A stretch of DNA of 64,000 nt, taken from the human T2T-CHM13v2.0 reference genome, Homo sapiens. Of the stretch, positions 1-13,591 are shown one piece after another. Made by a program: the position numbers and the translations under genes. Every line of letters begins with the position of its first letter. Within the stretch, counting starts at the first letter, position 1. Under the pieces are notes generated by a model. The model searched no databases and was not told the origin of the DNA. It worked only from the letters and a program-made list of their open reading frames with translations. The DNA is taken from assembly GCF_009914755.1 (NCBI RefSeq), contig NC_060931.1; one strand, written 5' to 3'.

Positions 1-262
1 GAAAACTTGTTTTGAATGTCCAGGGTACATATACAAAATTTCCAAAGGTGATACTGATTATGTGATAGTCATGTATATTTGCATTTTCTACTAGTAGAGC
101 AAATGATGAGTATATATTAATTGTAACAATGTTTTGCAGATGTTATCTAATAAGATTCTTATTTGTAAATAAGATACTAACACTCTGAAAGTTTAAATGA
201 TCATACATATAGTAAGGTGCAGAGTCAGAACCCCCATCTAGGTCTGCAGACTTCAATTATAG

Positions 263-691
<429 letters not shown>

Positions 692-1084
692 TAAGAACCA
701 AGAGATTTCACATAAAACCCAATGCTTTCTGGCTTTTCTTGAAAAATGTGGGGCTCTGGCCCCAAGCCCAGAACCAAGTAATAGCCACCTCCTTTAGTCT
801 GGTTCAGTCTCCAGTTAATCACAGCCATTTACACTCTTTACTCATTAACAACCCCTGGCTTGATCCTTGAAAACTGAATTTAGGATCTCTAGACTGTGCC
901 ATGCTAGTTTCTGGAAACCACTTGAGATAGGCTGGGAATTGTTGTGGTGATATTGGTAGTTTATTTCTATTTAAGATTTAGTCCAAACAGAAATATTTTC
1001 AATACTTGTAATAAAATTTCAGATATGGAAGTGATATATGCTACTTGTAATAATGATTGGTGTTTTGTGATGTTTTAACCTTTC

Positions 1085-1225
1085 CAAGATGCTTTCACAT
1101 TATTTTATTTCATTTCATTGAACCTCTTATTTTTCATGAGAAATAGGCTCAGGGAGATTTTAGTGACTTGCCCAAAGTCACGGATGAATTAGTCAGAAAG
1201 CCAGGACTAGAACTTGGATTTCTTT
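1085..1225 (+). mobile_element. MIR fragment
   Basis: MIR core-like gctcagggagattttagtgacttgcccaaagtcac...ccaggactagaac. Confidence 0.7.
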
Positions 1226-1515
1226 ATTGAAAGAAATAGCACTTAGGGAAGGACCTCAGATCTGACTTTTTCTTGGAAGCTCTGTTGGCTTCAATCTGAA
1301 GGCAGTGCCTTGAGGCAGAGTACTTGAGCCTCTGGGGTTGTCACATTGGCTGTTTATTGTTATATTTATTTTTCAGTTTAGAATATTATCTAATGAATTG
1401 TTTTGTTTACTCACAGTGGCTGTGGTTATGAGATCTTTTTGAAATTATTTTACAACTTTTTGGTTACGTCTAAAGCTAATATTGGAAAACTTTAAAAACT
1501 TTCTCTGTTTTTCAG

Positions 1516-1580
1516 AGGTACCGAAATGCTACATTTGGCTGTGTTACATTCTAGAAAACTTTGTGTCTACTCTGTCTCAG
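1516..1580 (+). CDS. BBS9: BBS9/PTHB1 internal coding exon (probably exon 4), N-terminal beta-propeller region
   Basis: Acceptor ttctctgtttttcag at 1501-1515 and donor gtaaga at 1581. Translates (S)GTEMLHLAVLHSRKLCVYSVS(G), matching recalled BBS9 protein, and joins in frame to the exon at 23371. Confidence 0.96.
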
Positions 1581-2499
1581 GTAAGAAATATTTTTACCAA
1601 TGTAGAATTTATATTACAAATTGGGCTTAATGTTATATGAGAATAGATATTCCCTAGTGCTGACTTGGTAGAGAACACAAAACATTTAGTTGAATGTTTT
1701 CTTGTCTTGGTTAACATTTTCCCATTTTTCATTTATTCTTTCAGATACTTAGGCTATTACATTTTCATGGTCTACTATTTCTGTGTATATGTATCTTTCT
1801 AGCAGAGGATTCCTCTTAATCACCTCCCTCTCCAGAATTGTTTCCGGGATTGCCTGTGACTAATAGAGGCCAATTCTGGGTACTTAAGACACTTGAGTCT
1901 TAAGAAATGTTCTACAATAACAAAATTGATTAGATGCTAAGTCATAGTGGTTTGAAGTACATTTTCTTTGGTGAACCTCAAGTATTTTCTCTTTACCGTT
2001 CCAATTTCTTGGTTTTTGGTTGTCTTCACTCAGTCAGGCTTCATCAGGTTTCATTCTCTGACATGGTTCTGTGGGTACAAGCATAGTGTGCGGTTTGGTT
2101 TTTATTAAAATTATAGTATGTGGTTTGGTTTTTATTATATTTTATTTTGGCCTTTATTAAATGTAAGATATAACTTAAAAATTTTTATTTCAATTATTAG
2201 ATAAGTTTAGTTCAAGTTGAGAGTTATTTTAATGGATGTCAGTGTTGGGGGCATTTTTTTTATGGGTATGAGAAAACTAAGTGTCTGTGAGGCTGTTCCT
2301 TTTACCAGAGATCCTCTCCTTTGGAGCTTGCTGTAAATGTTACCTTCTAGGATTTGGATTTCTCAGACTTATTCTCTTCATTTGGGCTTTCTTTGTATTT
2401 TGCTTTCAATTTGAGTAATGATGCATATTTACTGACTGAGTTGGATATTCTTAGGCAGTCTCTTTTCAGGGTGAAGATCTTTTAGATTTCCAAGGCAGG

Positions 2500-2563
2500 C
2501 TTGGTAACCTGGCGTGGTATATGGCAGACATCCAGTAAATACTTGTTGAATGAATGAATGAAC
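2500..2563 (+). mobile_element. L2 3' end
   Basis: cagtaaatacttgttgaatgaatgaatgaa, the typical L2 terminus. Confidence 0.6.
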
Positions 2564-4643
2564 AAATTTCTGGGTAGTGCTGAGGCAATTGACAGTGGCT
2601 TTCTTTATTACTCTTCACCGTGTTCTGTTTTCGTCCCCTTCTCTGTTACCACTATCATTTTATTTCCCACTCTGTTTATGTCAGAGGCCTGATAAAGTGG
2701 GCTCTCATTGATTTTATGGTAAAGGACATGGTTTCATGTTGCTCCTCCTAGTGTCAGGGCATTTATTTAGTATGCCAGAGTAAATGGAGAAGGTATTATC
2801 ATACGATATAGGCTACTTTATTGCATGGAGCTAGTTGTTCTTCTGTTTTTGACCGTAAGCCTGTTATTTTACTAAGTGGGTTACACAAGCCATGGAGGAG
2901 AACTTGCCTACAGTTATAGTTACCCAGAATACTTCTTTGGCAATTAGTTCCTTCTGAAGCTCCATGGGGGCTCTAAGCAGGGCAGAGAGGAGGGTATCTT
3001 AGAAGCTAGAAATTCGATTAGACACTAGGCCTTCCCTGGTCCTGCTCGAACTATGGGCCAAAAAGACAGATGCCTCTGGAGTTCCACTGGGGCTTAGAGC
3101 ACAGACAAGGGATGAAAAGTGTACTTATCAGAAAAACGTACTGAAAGAAACTGGCATATTAGGTGACAATTTGTTTATGGCATATTGATATCCTTCAAGT
3201 AAGTGTTGAAAATGAAAGTTATTTGCTATGGGAATGGTGATTTTATAGCTCTTTTATTCTTTGTGTTCATTTAAAAGCTTTGTATTCTCTGGGGACTAGG
3301 AGTTGTCCAAACTACATTCTCTTAGGCCCCACCTCACTTCCCTTCTGTCTTTCATTTCTTCAGCCTCTTGTGATGTGGGCTGACAATTTGTATATTTTTC
3401 CTGGCTTGGCTTAAATTGAGAAGCATGGGAATGTTTTTGTTCTCTTGAATATGTTTCTTGAAGTTCCAGATTGAACTTTTACCTAGCTTTTACTGTAACA
3501 GGGGAAGCACAAACATTTTCTAATTTAAGTGAAACCACTAGTGTCAGCAGACAAACGTGTGAGCTGAACTTGACATCCTTTTCTTCAACTGCTCCCTTCT
3601 CAAATATTTTCAAACTAGAGGAGCCCTTCTAAGGTCAGTCTCCTGGACATACCTAACAACCCTTAATAGTCAGAGGCTATTTTGCTAACTTCTTTTTGGT
3701 GGGTTATGTGTCATCAAATGTATGCTTAATATAGAGAAAAAACAGGGTCTTGCTGACCTGAAGTTGGCCTATCTTATCATACTCTGGTAAAGAGAAAGCA
3801 TCACATGGCATCTCAGATTTCTTTCTGATGGGCTTCAGTTTCTGAATAAATGGTTACAGATGTGTGAGTGTGAGCCATACTGATTATGTTGTTTTAAATA
3901 TTATTTTCCAAAAGATGTGTACTTCTCAAGAGGCATTTACTAAACATCTGACATATTTATAGAATTTTAATGGTTTCCATGAGGAGGGCAAAAAAGATGT
4001 GGTTCTTTACTTTTGACAGTCTTACGTAATCTGATTTACTTAATATGTAATGGCTTTGAGTTTAACATCCTTAGATTGCTCAGCAGTTACCTAAAATTGC
4101 ACCGAAAACTGTTGTCAAAGTGACCTCTGATTTTCCAGAGAATTTTTTGGTTTAAATCAGATCTTGTTTAAGTAAGGCCTGTTGCATAAATGTTTGAATA
4201 TTCATGTATTTTCTAATTGATGAAACTTTATAATGTATGTAGACTATAATCATATATGCTATATTCAGTCCATATATCCCAGGGCAAAACCTATGCAAAT
4301 AATTTTAATATTATGTCACTGATGCTTTTTTAGGGAGAAAATGGTCAGAAATATTAGATTCCCAAATACTTCTTTTATTCCAAGGTAGTTATCTAAGGAA
4401 AATTGTCTTTTTCTCCATAGTTGCATTATTAAATTTTAAAGTGCTATTACCTGACATTTAAGATGTATCAGTGCATTTGGAGTTTTTACACAAAGCCTAG
4501 TGTCGTTTCATGCCAAGTTTAAATATTGGCTGCTGACACCTATGTTCATTGACATGAGTTCCTAATGTTCCTGCTTGCATTTTGGCTAGCAGGCATGTAT
4601 AGGTGCTTTTCTTATTCAGAGGGATTGATCTGGTTGTAGATGT

Positions 4644-5087
4644 TGTTAAAAGAAAAACCTTAGTCAAATGAAATTTAACAGAGTTTAATTGAGCAAAGAA
4701 TGATTTGTGAATTGGGCAGTCTCTTGAGCCAGAGTAGGCTGAGAGAGACTCCAGCACAGCCACATGGTAAAAGACGATTTATAGACAGAAAAAGGAAAGT
4801 GACAGACAGAAAAAGGAAAGTGACAGACAGAAAAAGGAAAGAGATGTACAGAAAATAGAATGAGGTACAGAAACGGTCAGGTTGGTTACAGCTTGAGGTT
4901 TACCTTATTTGAACATAGTTTGAACAACTGGCCTCCTTTGATTGGCCAAAACTCAGTGATTGGCACAAGAGTAGGTTACAGTCTATTTCCACCTCCATTT
5001 AGGTTATAGTTCACTATGTACAGAGAAACCTTTAGGCTGAGCTTAAAAGATGTAAGGAGGCAGCTTTAGGCTAAACTTGATTTAACA
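4644..5087 (-). repeat. 3' LTR (MER57 family)
   Basis: Reverse complement begins TGTTAAATCAAGTTTAGCCTAAAGCTGCCTCC and is preceded on - by the purine tract AAAAGAGGAAAAT. Confidence 0.88.
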
Positions 5088-5580
5088 ATTTTCCTCTTTT
5101 GGTCATCCTCTCAATTTTGAGAGATTGACCACAACTAGTCATTGATGTCACTATCACCATTGTAAATGTGCTTATTTCATCTCAAAACCCACTGAGAAAT
5201 AGCAGAACAGTGGATTTTGTAAGGTAGGAACAAGGAATTTAGTTTATTTTTTGTAAAGGTTAGAGTAGAGGGTACTTCCTTATGCTGGAATGTCCTGTTT
5301 AGAGGAGAAAAACAAAACCTGGTCTGTTCTAGGAGCTATGTGTTTCCTTAAGATCTTAGTTTGATTATGTCACATTTAACATGAGTGACTTCATTTTGGC
5401 TTGGTCTTGTCTGTTGGGACCTAGTGCATGAGTTCAGTCCAAAACAATGGCCTTCCCTAATTTTATTTTAAAACTTCCCCCTTTTAGTCAGGTTCTCACA
5501 TAGGTGAGAGTGTGACCAAAACTTAGGGCCTTAGTTCCACTCTCTTTTAACATCAATTTTGGGTTTCTGGTCTCAGGATG

Positions 5581-6081
5581 TCATTCATAGGTTACAGTGC
5601 CCTCATGGTCACACATCTTTTTAAGCTCTTGTCCTTCTAGTTGAAGAGAGATCATGTAGCACTCTAGAGATGGCTGCATGCAAACATTTAAAACTTTTGA
5701 GAGAATATAGCACACTAGGGAGATTACTATTTTGACTATCAGGAGGATAATACCAAGAGTTTGGAGCATGCTTCTTAGCCAGGGTCCCCATGAACCAAAC
5801 CAACTAAAATTAAATAGATCAAAGAATGAGCTAGATAAAGAGTCTGTTCGTTTTAAATAAGCAGTCTCTTTGTTAGTTCCCTGTAACTGAATCTCTATAA
5901 TGCTCAATGTGATGCATTTCTCCATGGCCAACAAGAAGTGCCAGCAAGTGCACAGATACTGCTGTTTAGCCAGTAAGTAATCTAGAGCAGTTCTATTATT
6001 TAGCATAACTTTCATAAGAGAATACAAAGTCTGTTGTGTGACCATAGCCTTTAGGGTAGAATCTTCTATAAAGCCTATCAT
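5581..6081 (-). pseudogene. ERV env transmembrane (TM) subunit remnant
   Basis: Immunosuppressive-domain-like LNNRTALDYLLAKQ, aromatic membrane-proximal region and hydrophobic anchor (LGIILLIVKIVISLVCYIL), just upstream of PPT/3' LTR. Confidence 0.85.
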
Positions 6082-7022
6082 GAGGGATACATTTCTAATT
6101 ATTGCCTCATTTACTTCAAACCATGGAAAAGGAGACCTAACAAATGATGTCTATTTAGAAGAATGAAGACTTCTTGGAAATGTTCTCTTTAACCTATGAC
6201 GTAGGTTAAGAGGAGTGGACCAATGTCCTGTTTCTAACTGATTATGAGGCAACAAATGTGTCATTAAAATTTCTCACCTGCATTGGGCCTTCGTCTTTTA
6301 TCTATTGAGGCATAAGGTATTCCATGTATAAAGCTGGCTGCAAAATCCTTCACAAATTAAAGTATACTCTATGAATACACACAATAGACCCTCTTTTCAC
6401 TTCTATTGTTCATGGAAGCATAAGCAAGAAAAAATAGGTAAGAGTCTCCTGATAGCAGAGAAGTCTTGATCTGTGATCTTGAGAAAAAGCTGTCTATATC
6501 ATGGATACCATCTTCTTCTGGGGAGAAACTTTCCTGTTTAGCTTTACTTTAAGGTTGCCAATGGGTGTACAGTTCCAAGAGTGGAGGGGCCCTTTTGAGT
6601 TGTGAGATTATTAACTCAAAATTTCAAGGTCCCAAAGTGTTGCTGCAATGTAGATGGCAAGGGCAGTCTTTCTCTGGTATTCTCAGAAGATTCAATCTTT
6701 GTGTTCTAGATTTTGAAGGGGTTGATTGTCCTCAGTCAGCAGACTGTGAAAAGCTTTCTTCACCAGGTGGAAATATACTTTGACAAATAGAGCTAATGTT
6801 ATAACATCAGCCCTCTTGCATGGGAAAGCTTTTATACAACCAGAAGACATGCATTGAAAATGACAATTGAATGAAATCTTTCTATAAATGTTTAAATGGC
6901 TCATCAGCTAGCAGAAATGTACCTGAAATTTTGGTTGTCTTTCCAGGAATATGGGTTTGAAAAGCAAACATTGGTTGTAAACTCTTTTAGCAACATGGAA
7001 CAGTCACTACACTAATTAATAC

Positions 7023-10000
7023 TTTTTTTTTATTATACTTTAAGTTCTAGGGTACATGTACAACGTGCAGGTTTGTTACATAGGTATACTTGTGCTATGT
7101 CGGTTTGCTGCCACCATTAACTCGTCATTTACATTAGGTATTTCTTCTAATGCTATCCCTGCCCCTGCACCCCACCCCACGACAGGCCCTGTTATGTGAT
7201 GTTCCCCACCCTGTGTCCAAGTGTTCTCATTGTTCAGTTCCCACCTATGAGTGAGAACATGCAGTGTTTGGTTTTCTGTCCTTGTGATCGTTTGCTCAGA
7301 ATGATGGTTTCCAGCTTCATCCATGTCCCTGCAAAGGACATGAACTCATCCTTTTTTATGGCTGCATAGTATTCCATGGTGTATATGGGCTACATTTTCT
7401 TAATCCAGTCTATCATTGATGGACATTTGGGTTGGTTCCAAGTCTTTGCTATTGTGAATAGTGCCATAAAAAACATACGTATACATGTGTCTTTATAGTA
7501 GCATGATTTATAATCCTTTGGGTGTATACCCAGTAATGGGATTGCTGGGTTAAATGGTATTTCTGGTTACAGATCCTTGAGGAATTGCCACACTGCCTTC
7601 CACGATGGTTGAACTAGTTTACACTCCCACCAACAGTGTGAAAGCATTCCTATTTCTCCTCATCCTCTCCAGCATCTGTTGCTTCCTGACTTTTTAATGA
7701 TCGCCATTCTAACTGATGTGAGATGGTATCTCATTGTGGTTTTGATTTGCATTTCTCTGATGACCAGTGATGATGAGCATTTTTTCATGTGTCTGTTGGG
7801 TGCGTAGATGTCTTCTTTTGAGAAGTGTCTGTTCATATCCTTTGCCCACTTGTTGATGGGATTGTTTGTTTTTTTCTTGTAAATTTGTTTAAGTTCTTTG
7901 TAGATTCTGGATATTAGCCCTTTGTCAGATGGGTAGATTGCAAAAACTTTCTCCCATTCTGTAGGTTGCCTGTTCACGCTGCTGGTAGTTTTCTTTTTTT
8001 GCTCATGAAGTCCTTGCCCATGCCTGTGTCCTGAATGATATTGCCTAGGTTTTCTTCTAGGGTTTTTATGGTTTTAGGTCTAACATTTAAGTCTTTAATC
8101 TATCTTGAATTAATTTTGTATAAGGTGTAAGGAAGGGATCCAGTTTCAGCTTTCTACATATGGCTAGCCAGTTTTCCCAGCACCATTTATTAAATAGGGT
8201 ATCTTTTCCCCATTTCTTGTTTTTGTCAGCTTTGTAAAGATCAGATGGTTGTAGACGTGTGGTGTTATTGGTTATATGCCATTGGTAATGGCATTGAATC
8301 TATAAATTACCTTGGGCAGTATGGCCATTTTCACTGTATGGATTCTTCCTATCCATGAGCATGGAATGTTCTTCCATTTGTTTGTGTCCTCTTTTATTTT
8401 GTTGAGCAGTGGTTTGTAGTTCTTGAAGAGGTCCTTCACATCCCTTGTAAGTTGGATTCTTAGGTATTTTATTCTCTTTGTAACAGTTGTGAATGGGAGT
8501 TCACTCATGATTTGGCTCTGTTTGTCTGTTGTTGATGTATAGGAGTGCTTGTGATTTTTGCACATTGATTTTGTATACTGAGACTTTGCTAAACTTTCTT
8601 ATCAGCTTAAGGAGATTTTGGGCTGAGACGATGGGGTTTTCTAGATTTACAATCATGTCATTTGCACACAGGGACAATTTGATTTCCCTTTTTCCTAATT
8701 GAATACCCTTTATTTCTTTCTCTTGCCTGATTGCCCTGGCCAGAACTTCCAACACTATGTTGAATAGGAGTCATGAGAGAGGGCATCTCTGTCTTGTGCC
8801 TGTTTTCAAAGGGAATGCTTCCAGTTTTTGCCCATTCAGTATGATATTGGCTGTGGGTTTCTCATAAGTAGCTCTTATTATTTTGAGATACGTTCCATCA
8901 ATACCTAGTTTATTGAGAGTTGTTAGCATGAAGGGTTCTTGAATTTTGTAGAGGCGTTTTCTGCATCTATTGAGATAATCATGTGGTTTTTGTCATTGGT
9001 TCTGTTTATATGATGGATTATGTTTATTGATTTGCATATGTTAAACCAGCCTTGCATCCCAGGGATGAAGCTGACTTGATCGTGGTGGATAAACTTTTTG
9101 ATGTGCTGCTGGATTTGGTATGCCAGTATTCTATTGAGGATTTTCGTGTCAGTGTTCCTCAGGGATATTGGTCTAAAATTCTCTTTTTTTTGCTGTGTCT
9201 CTGCCAGCCTTTGGTATCAGGATGATGCTGGCCTCATAAAAACAGTTAGGGAAGATTCCCTCTTTTTCTATTGATTGGAATAGTTTCAGAAGGTATGGTA
9301 CCACCTCCTCTTTGTACCTCTGGTAGAATTCGGCTGTGAGTCCATCTGGTCTTGGACTTTTTTTGGTTGGTATGCTATTAATTATTGCCTCAATTTCAGA
9401 ACCTGTTATTGGTCTATTCAGAGATCCAACTTCTTCCTGGTTTAGTCTTGGGCGGGTGTATGTGTCCAGGAATTTATCCATTTCTTCTAGATTTTCTAGT
9501 TTTTTTGCGTAGAGGTGTTTATAGTATTCTCTGATGGTAGTTTGTATTTCTGTGGGATCGGTGGTGATATCCCCTTTATCATTTTTTGTTGCGTCTATTT
9601 GATTCTTCTCTGTTTTCTTCTCTATTAGTCTTGCTAGAGGTCTATCAATTTTGTTGATCTTTTCAAAAAACCAGCTCCTGGATTCACTGATTTTTTGAAG
9701 GGTTTTTTGTGTCTCTATTTCCTTCAGTTCTTCTCTGATCTTAGTTATTTCTTGCCTTCTGCTAGCTTTTGAATATGTTTTCTCTTGCTTCTCTAGTTCT
9801 TTTAATTGTGATGTTAGGGTGTCTATTTTAGATCTTTCCTGCTTTCTCTTGTGGGCTTTTAGTGCTATAAGTTTCCCTCTACACACTGCTTTAAATGTGT
9901 CCCAGAGATTTTGGTACGTTGTGTCTTTGTTCCCATTGGTTTCAAAGAACATCTTTATTTCTGCCTTCATTTCGTTATGTACCCAGTAGTCATTCAGGAG

Positions 10001-12907
10001 CAGGTTGTTCAGTTTCCATGTAGTTGTGCAGTTTTGAATGAGTTTCTTAATCCTGAGTTCTAATTTGATTGCACTGTGGTCTGAGAGACAGTTTGTTATG
10101 ATTTCTGTTCTTTTGCATTTGCTGAGGAGTGTTTTACTTCCAATCATGTGGTCAATTTTTGAATAAGTGCGATGTGGTGCTGAGAAGAATGTATACTCTG
10201 TTGATTTGGATGGAGAGTTCTGTAGATGTCTATTAGGTACGCTTGGTGCACAGCTGAGTTCAAGTCCTGGATATCCTTGTTAACTTTCTGTCTCGTTGAT
10301 CTGTCTAATGTTGACAGTGGGGTGTTAAAGTCTCCCATTATTATTGTGTGGGAGTCTAAGTCTCTTTGTAAGTCTCTAAAAACTTGCTTTATGAATCTGG
10401 GTGCTCCAGTATTGGGTGCATATATATTTAGGATAGTTAGCTCTTCTTGTTGAATTGATCCCTTTACCATTATGTAATGGCCTTCTTTGTCTCTTTTGAT
10501 CTTTGTTGGTTTAAAGTCTGTTTTATCAGAGACTAGGATTGCAACCCCTGCTTTTTTTTGTTTTCCATTTGCTTGGTAGATCTTCCTTTATCCTTTCATT
10601 TTGAGCCTATGTGTGTCTCTGCATGTGAGATGGGTCTCCTGAATACAGTACACTGATGGGTCTGGACTCTATCCAATTTGCCAGTCTGTGTCTTTTAACT
10701 GGGGCATTTAGGCCATTTACATTTAAGGTTAATATTGTTATGTGTGAATTTGATCCTGTCATTATGATGTTAGCTGGTTATTTTGCCCGTTGGTTGATGC
10801 AGTTTCTTCCTAGCATCGATGGTCTTTACAATTTGGCGTGTTTTTGCGGTGGCTGATACCGGTCTTTCCTTTCCATGTTTAGTGCTTCCTTGAGGAGCTC
10901 TTGTAAGGCAGGTCTGGTGGTGACGAAATCTCTCAGCATTTGCTTGTCTGTAAAGAATTTTATTTCTCCTTCACTTATTAAGCTTAGTTTGGCTGGATAT
11001 GAGATTCTGGGTTGAAAATTGTTTTCTTTAAGAATGTTGAATATTGTCCCCCACTCTCTTCTGGCTTGTAGAGTTTCTGCCGAGAGATCCGCTGTTAGTC
11101 TGATGGGCTTCCCTTTGTGGGTAACCTGACCTTTCTTTCTGGCTGCCCTTAACATTTTTTCCTTCATTTCAACCTTGGTGAATCTGACAATTATGTGTCT
11201 TGGGTTTGCTCTTCTTGAGGAGTGTCTTTGTGGCATTATCTGTATTTCCTGAATTTGAATGTTGGCCTGCCTTGCTAGGTTGGGGAAGTTCTCCTGGATA
11301 ATATCCAGCAGAGTGTTTTCCAACTTGGTTCCATTCTCCCCATCACTTTCAGGTACACCAGTCAAACGTAGATTTGGTCTTTTCACATAGTTCCATATTT
11401 CTTGGAGGCTTTGTTCGTTTTTTTTTTTACTCTTTTTTCTCTAAACTTCTCTTCTCGCTTTATGTCATTAATTTGATTTTCAATCAACGATAGCCTTTCT
11501 TCCACTTGATTGAATCAGCTATTGAAGCTTGTGCATGTGTCTTGTAGTTCTTGTGCCATGGTTTCAGCTCCATCAGGTCATTTAAGGTCTTCTTCTCTAC
11601 ACTGTTTATTCTAGTTAGCCATTCATCTAATCTTTTTTCAAGGTTTTTAGCTTCGTTGTGATGGGTTCGAACATCCTCCTTTAGCTTGGAGAAGTTTGTT
11701 ATTACCGACCTTCTGAAGCCTACTTCTGTCAGCTCGTCAAACTCATTCTCCGTCGAGCTTTGTTCCGTTGCTGGCAAGGAGCTGCAATCCTTTGGAGGAG
11801 AAGAGGTGCTCTGGTTTTTAGAATTTTCAGCTTTTCTGCTCTGGTTTCTCCCCATCTTTGTGGTTTTATCTGCCTTTGGTCTTTGATGTTGGTGACCTAC
11901 AGATGGGGTTTGGGTGTGGATGTCCTTTTTGTTGATGTTGATGCTATTCCTTTTTGTTTGTTAGTTTTCCTTCTAACAGTCAGGTCCCTCAGCTGCAGGT
12001 CTGTTCGAGTGTGCTGGAGGTCCACTCCAGACACTGTTTGTCTGGGTATCAGCAGCAGAGGCTGCAGAACAGCAAATATCGCAGAAGAGCAAATATTGCT
12101 GCCTGATCCTTCCTCTGGAAGCTTCTTCCCAGAAGGGCACCCTCCTGTATGAGGTGTCAGTCAACCCCTACTGGGAGGTATCTCCCAGTTAGGCTACTCA
12201 GGGTTCAGGGACCCACTTGAGGAGGCAGTCTGTCTGTTCTCAGAGCTAAAACACCATGCTGGGAGAACCATTGGTCTTTTCAGAGCTGTCAGATAGGGAG
12301 GTTTAAGTCTGCAGAAGTTTCTGCTGCCTTTTGTTCAGCTATGCCCTGCCTCCAGAGGTGGAGTCTACAGAGGCAGATGGCCTTGCTAAGCTGCGGTGGG
12401 CTCCACCAAGTTTGAGCTTCCTCCAGCCGCTTTGTTTACCTACTCAAGCCTCAGCAATGGCGGATGCCCCTTCCCCTGCCAGGCTGCTGCCTCACAGGTT
12501 GATCTCAGACTGCTGCGCTAGTAGTGAGCAAGGCTCCATGGGCGTGGGACCCACCTAGCCAGGCGTGGGATCCACCTAGCCAGGCGTGGGATATAATCTC
12601 CTGGTGTGCCATTTGCTGAGACTGTTGGAAAAGGGCAGTATTTGGGCAGGAGTGTCCCGTTTTTCCACGTACAGTCTGTCACGGCTTCCCTTGGCTAGGA
12701 AAGGGATATCCCCCAACCCCTTCCACTTCCTGGGTGAGGTGATGCCCCACCCTGCTTTACCTCACCCTCCGTGGGCTGCACCCACTGTCCAACCAGTCCC
12801 AATGAGATGAACCAGGTAGCTCAGTTGGAAATGCAAAAATCACCCGTCTTCTGTGTCAGTCACGCTGGGAGCTGCAGATCAGAGCTGTTCCTATGTGACC
12901 ACCTTCC
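7023..12907 (-). mobile_element. Near full-length LINE-1, L1PA6/L1PA7-like, inactive
   Basis: 5'UTR ending at 12907; ORF1 fragments 10826-11855; ORF2 fragments ~7234-10762 with frameshifts and two internal deletions (~8000, ~8270); poly-T at 7023; TSD AATTAATAC at 7014-7022 and 12908-12916. Confidence 0.95.
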
Positions 12908-13250
12908 AATTAATACATTTTTAATTTGGATAATTTTATCTCTTCCATGATGAGTCATAGAATGCAGAGCTTTTAATAACAAAAGCTTTAAGGACTCAGG
13001 AAGCACAAGGTGGCTGTCCAGGTTCTCCATGAGTCCATGCTTAATGTTGGACTTAATGTCCTCTTAAATAACAGTTGTTTCTCCAGTTTAGGTTCACAGC
13101 ACTGATAACTGAAAGTTATAGGTATTTTGACTTGGATCATGGAGTTCGTTCACATTGTATATATAAACAATTTCAGTACTGTCTGGTTTAGCATAAAAAT
13201 CTGACAAAGTATTTTCTTGGTATTGAATATTTTTGTCCTGCTTGGGTTAG

Positions 13251-13591
<341 letters not shown>

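Noticed and set aside
7023-12907. Retrotransposition-competent L1
   Set aside because: ORF1 and ORF2 are fragmented by stops, frameshifts and deletions; the catalytic motif reads CAND instead of FADD.
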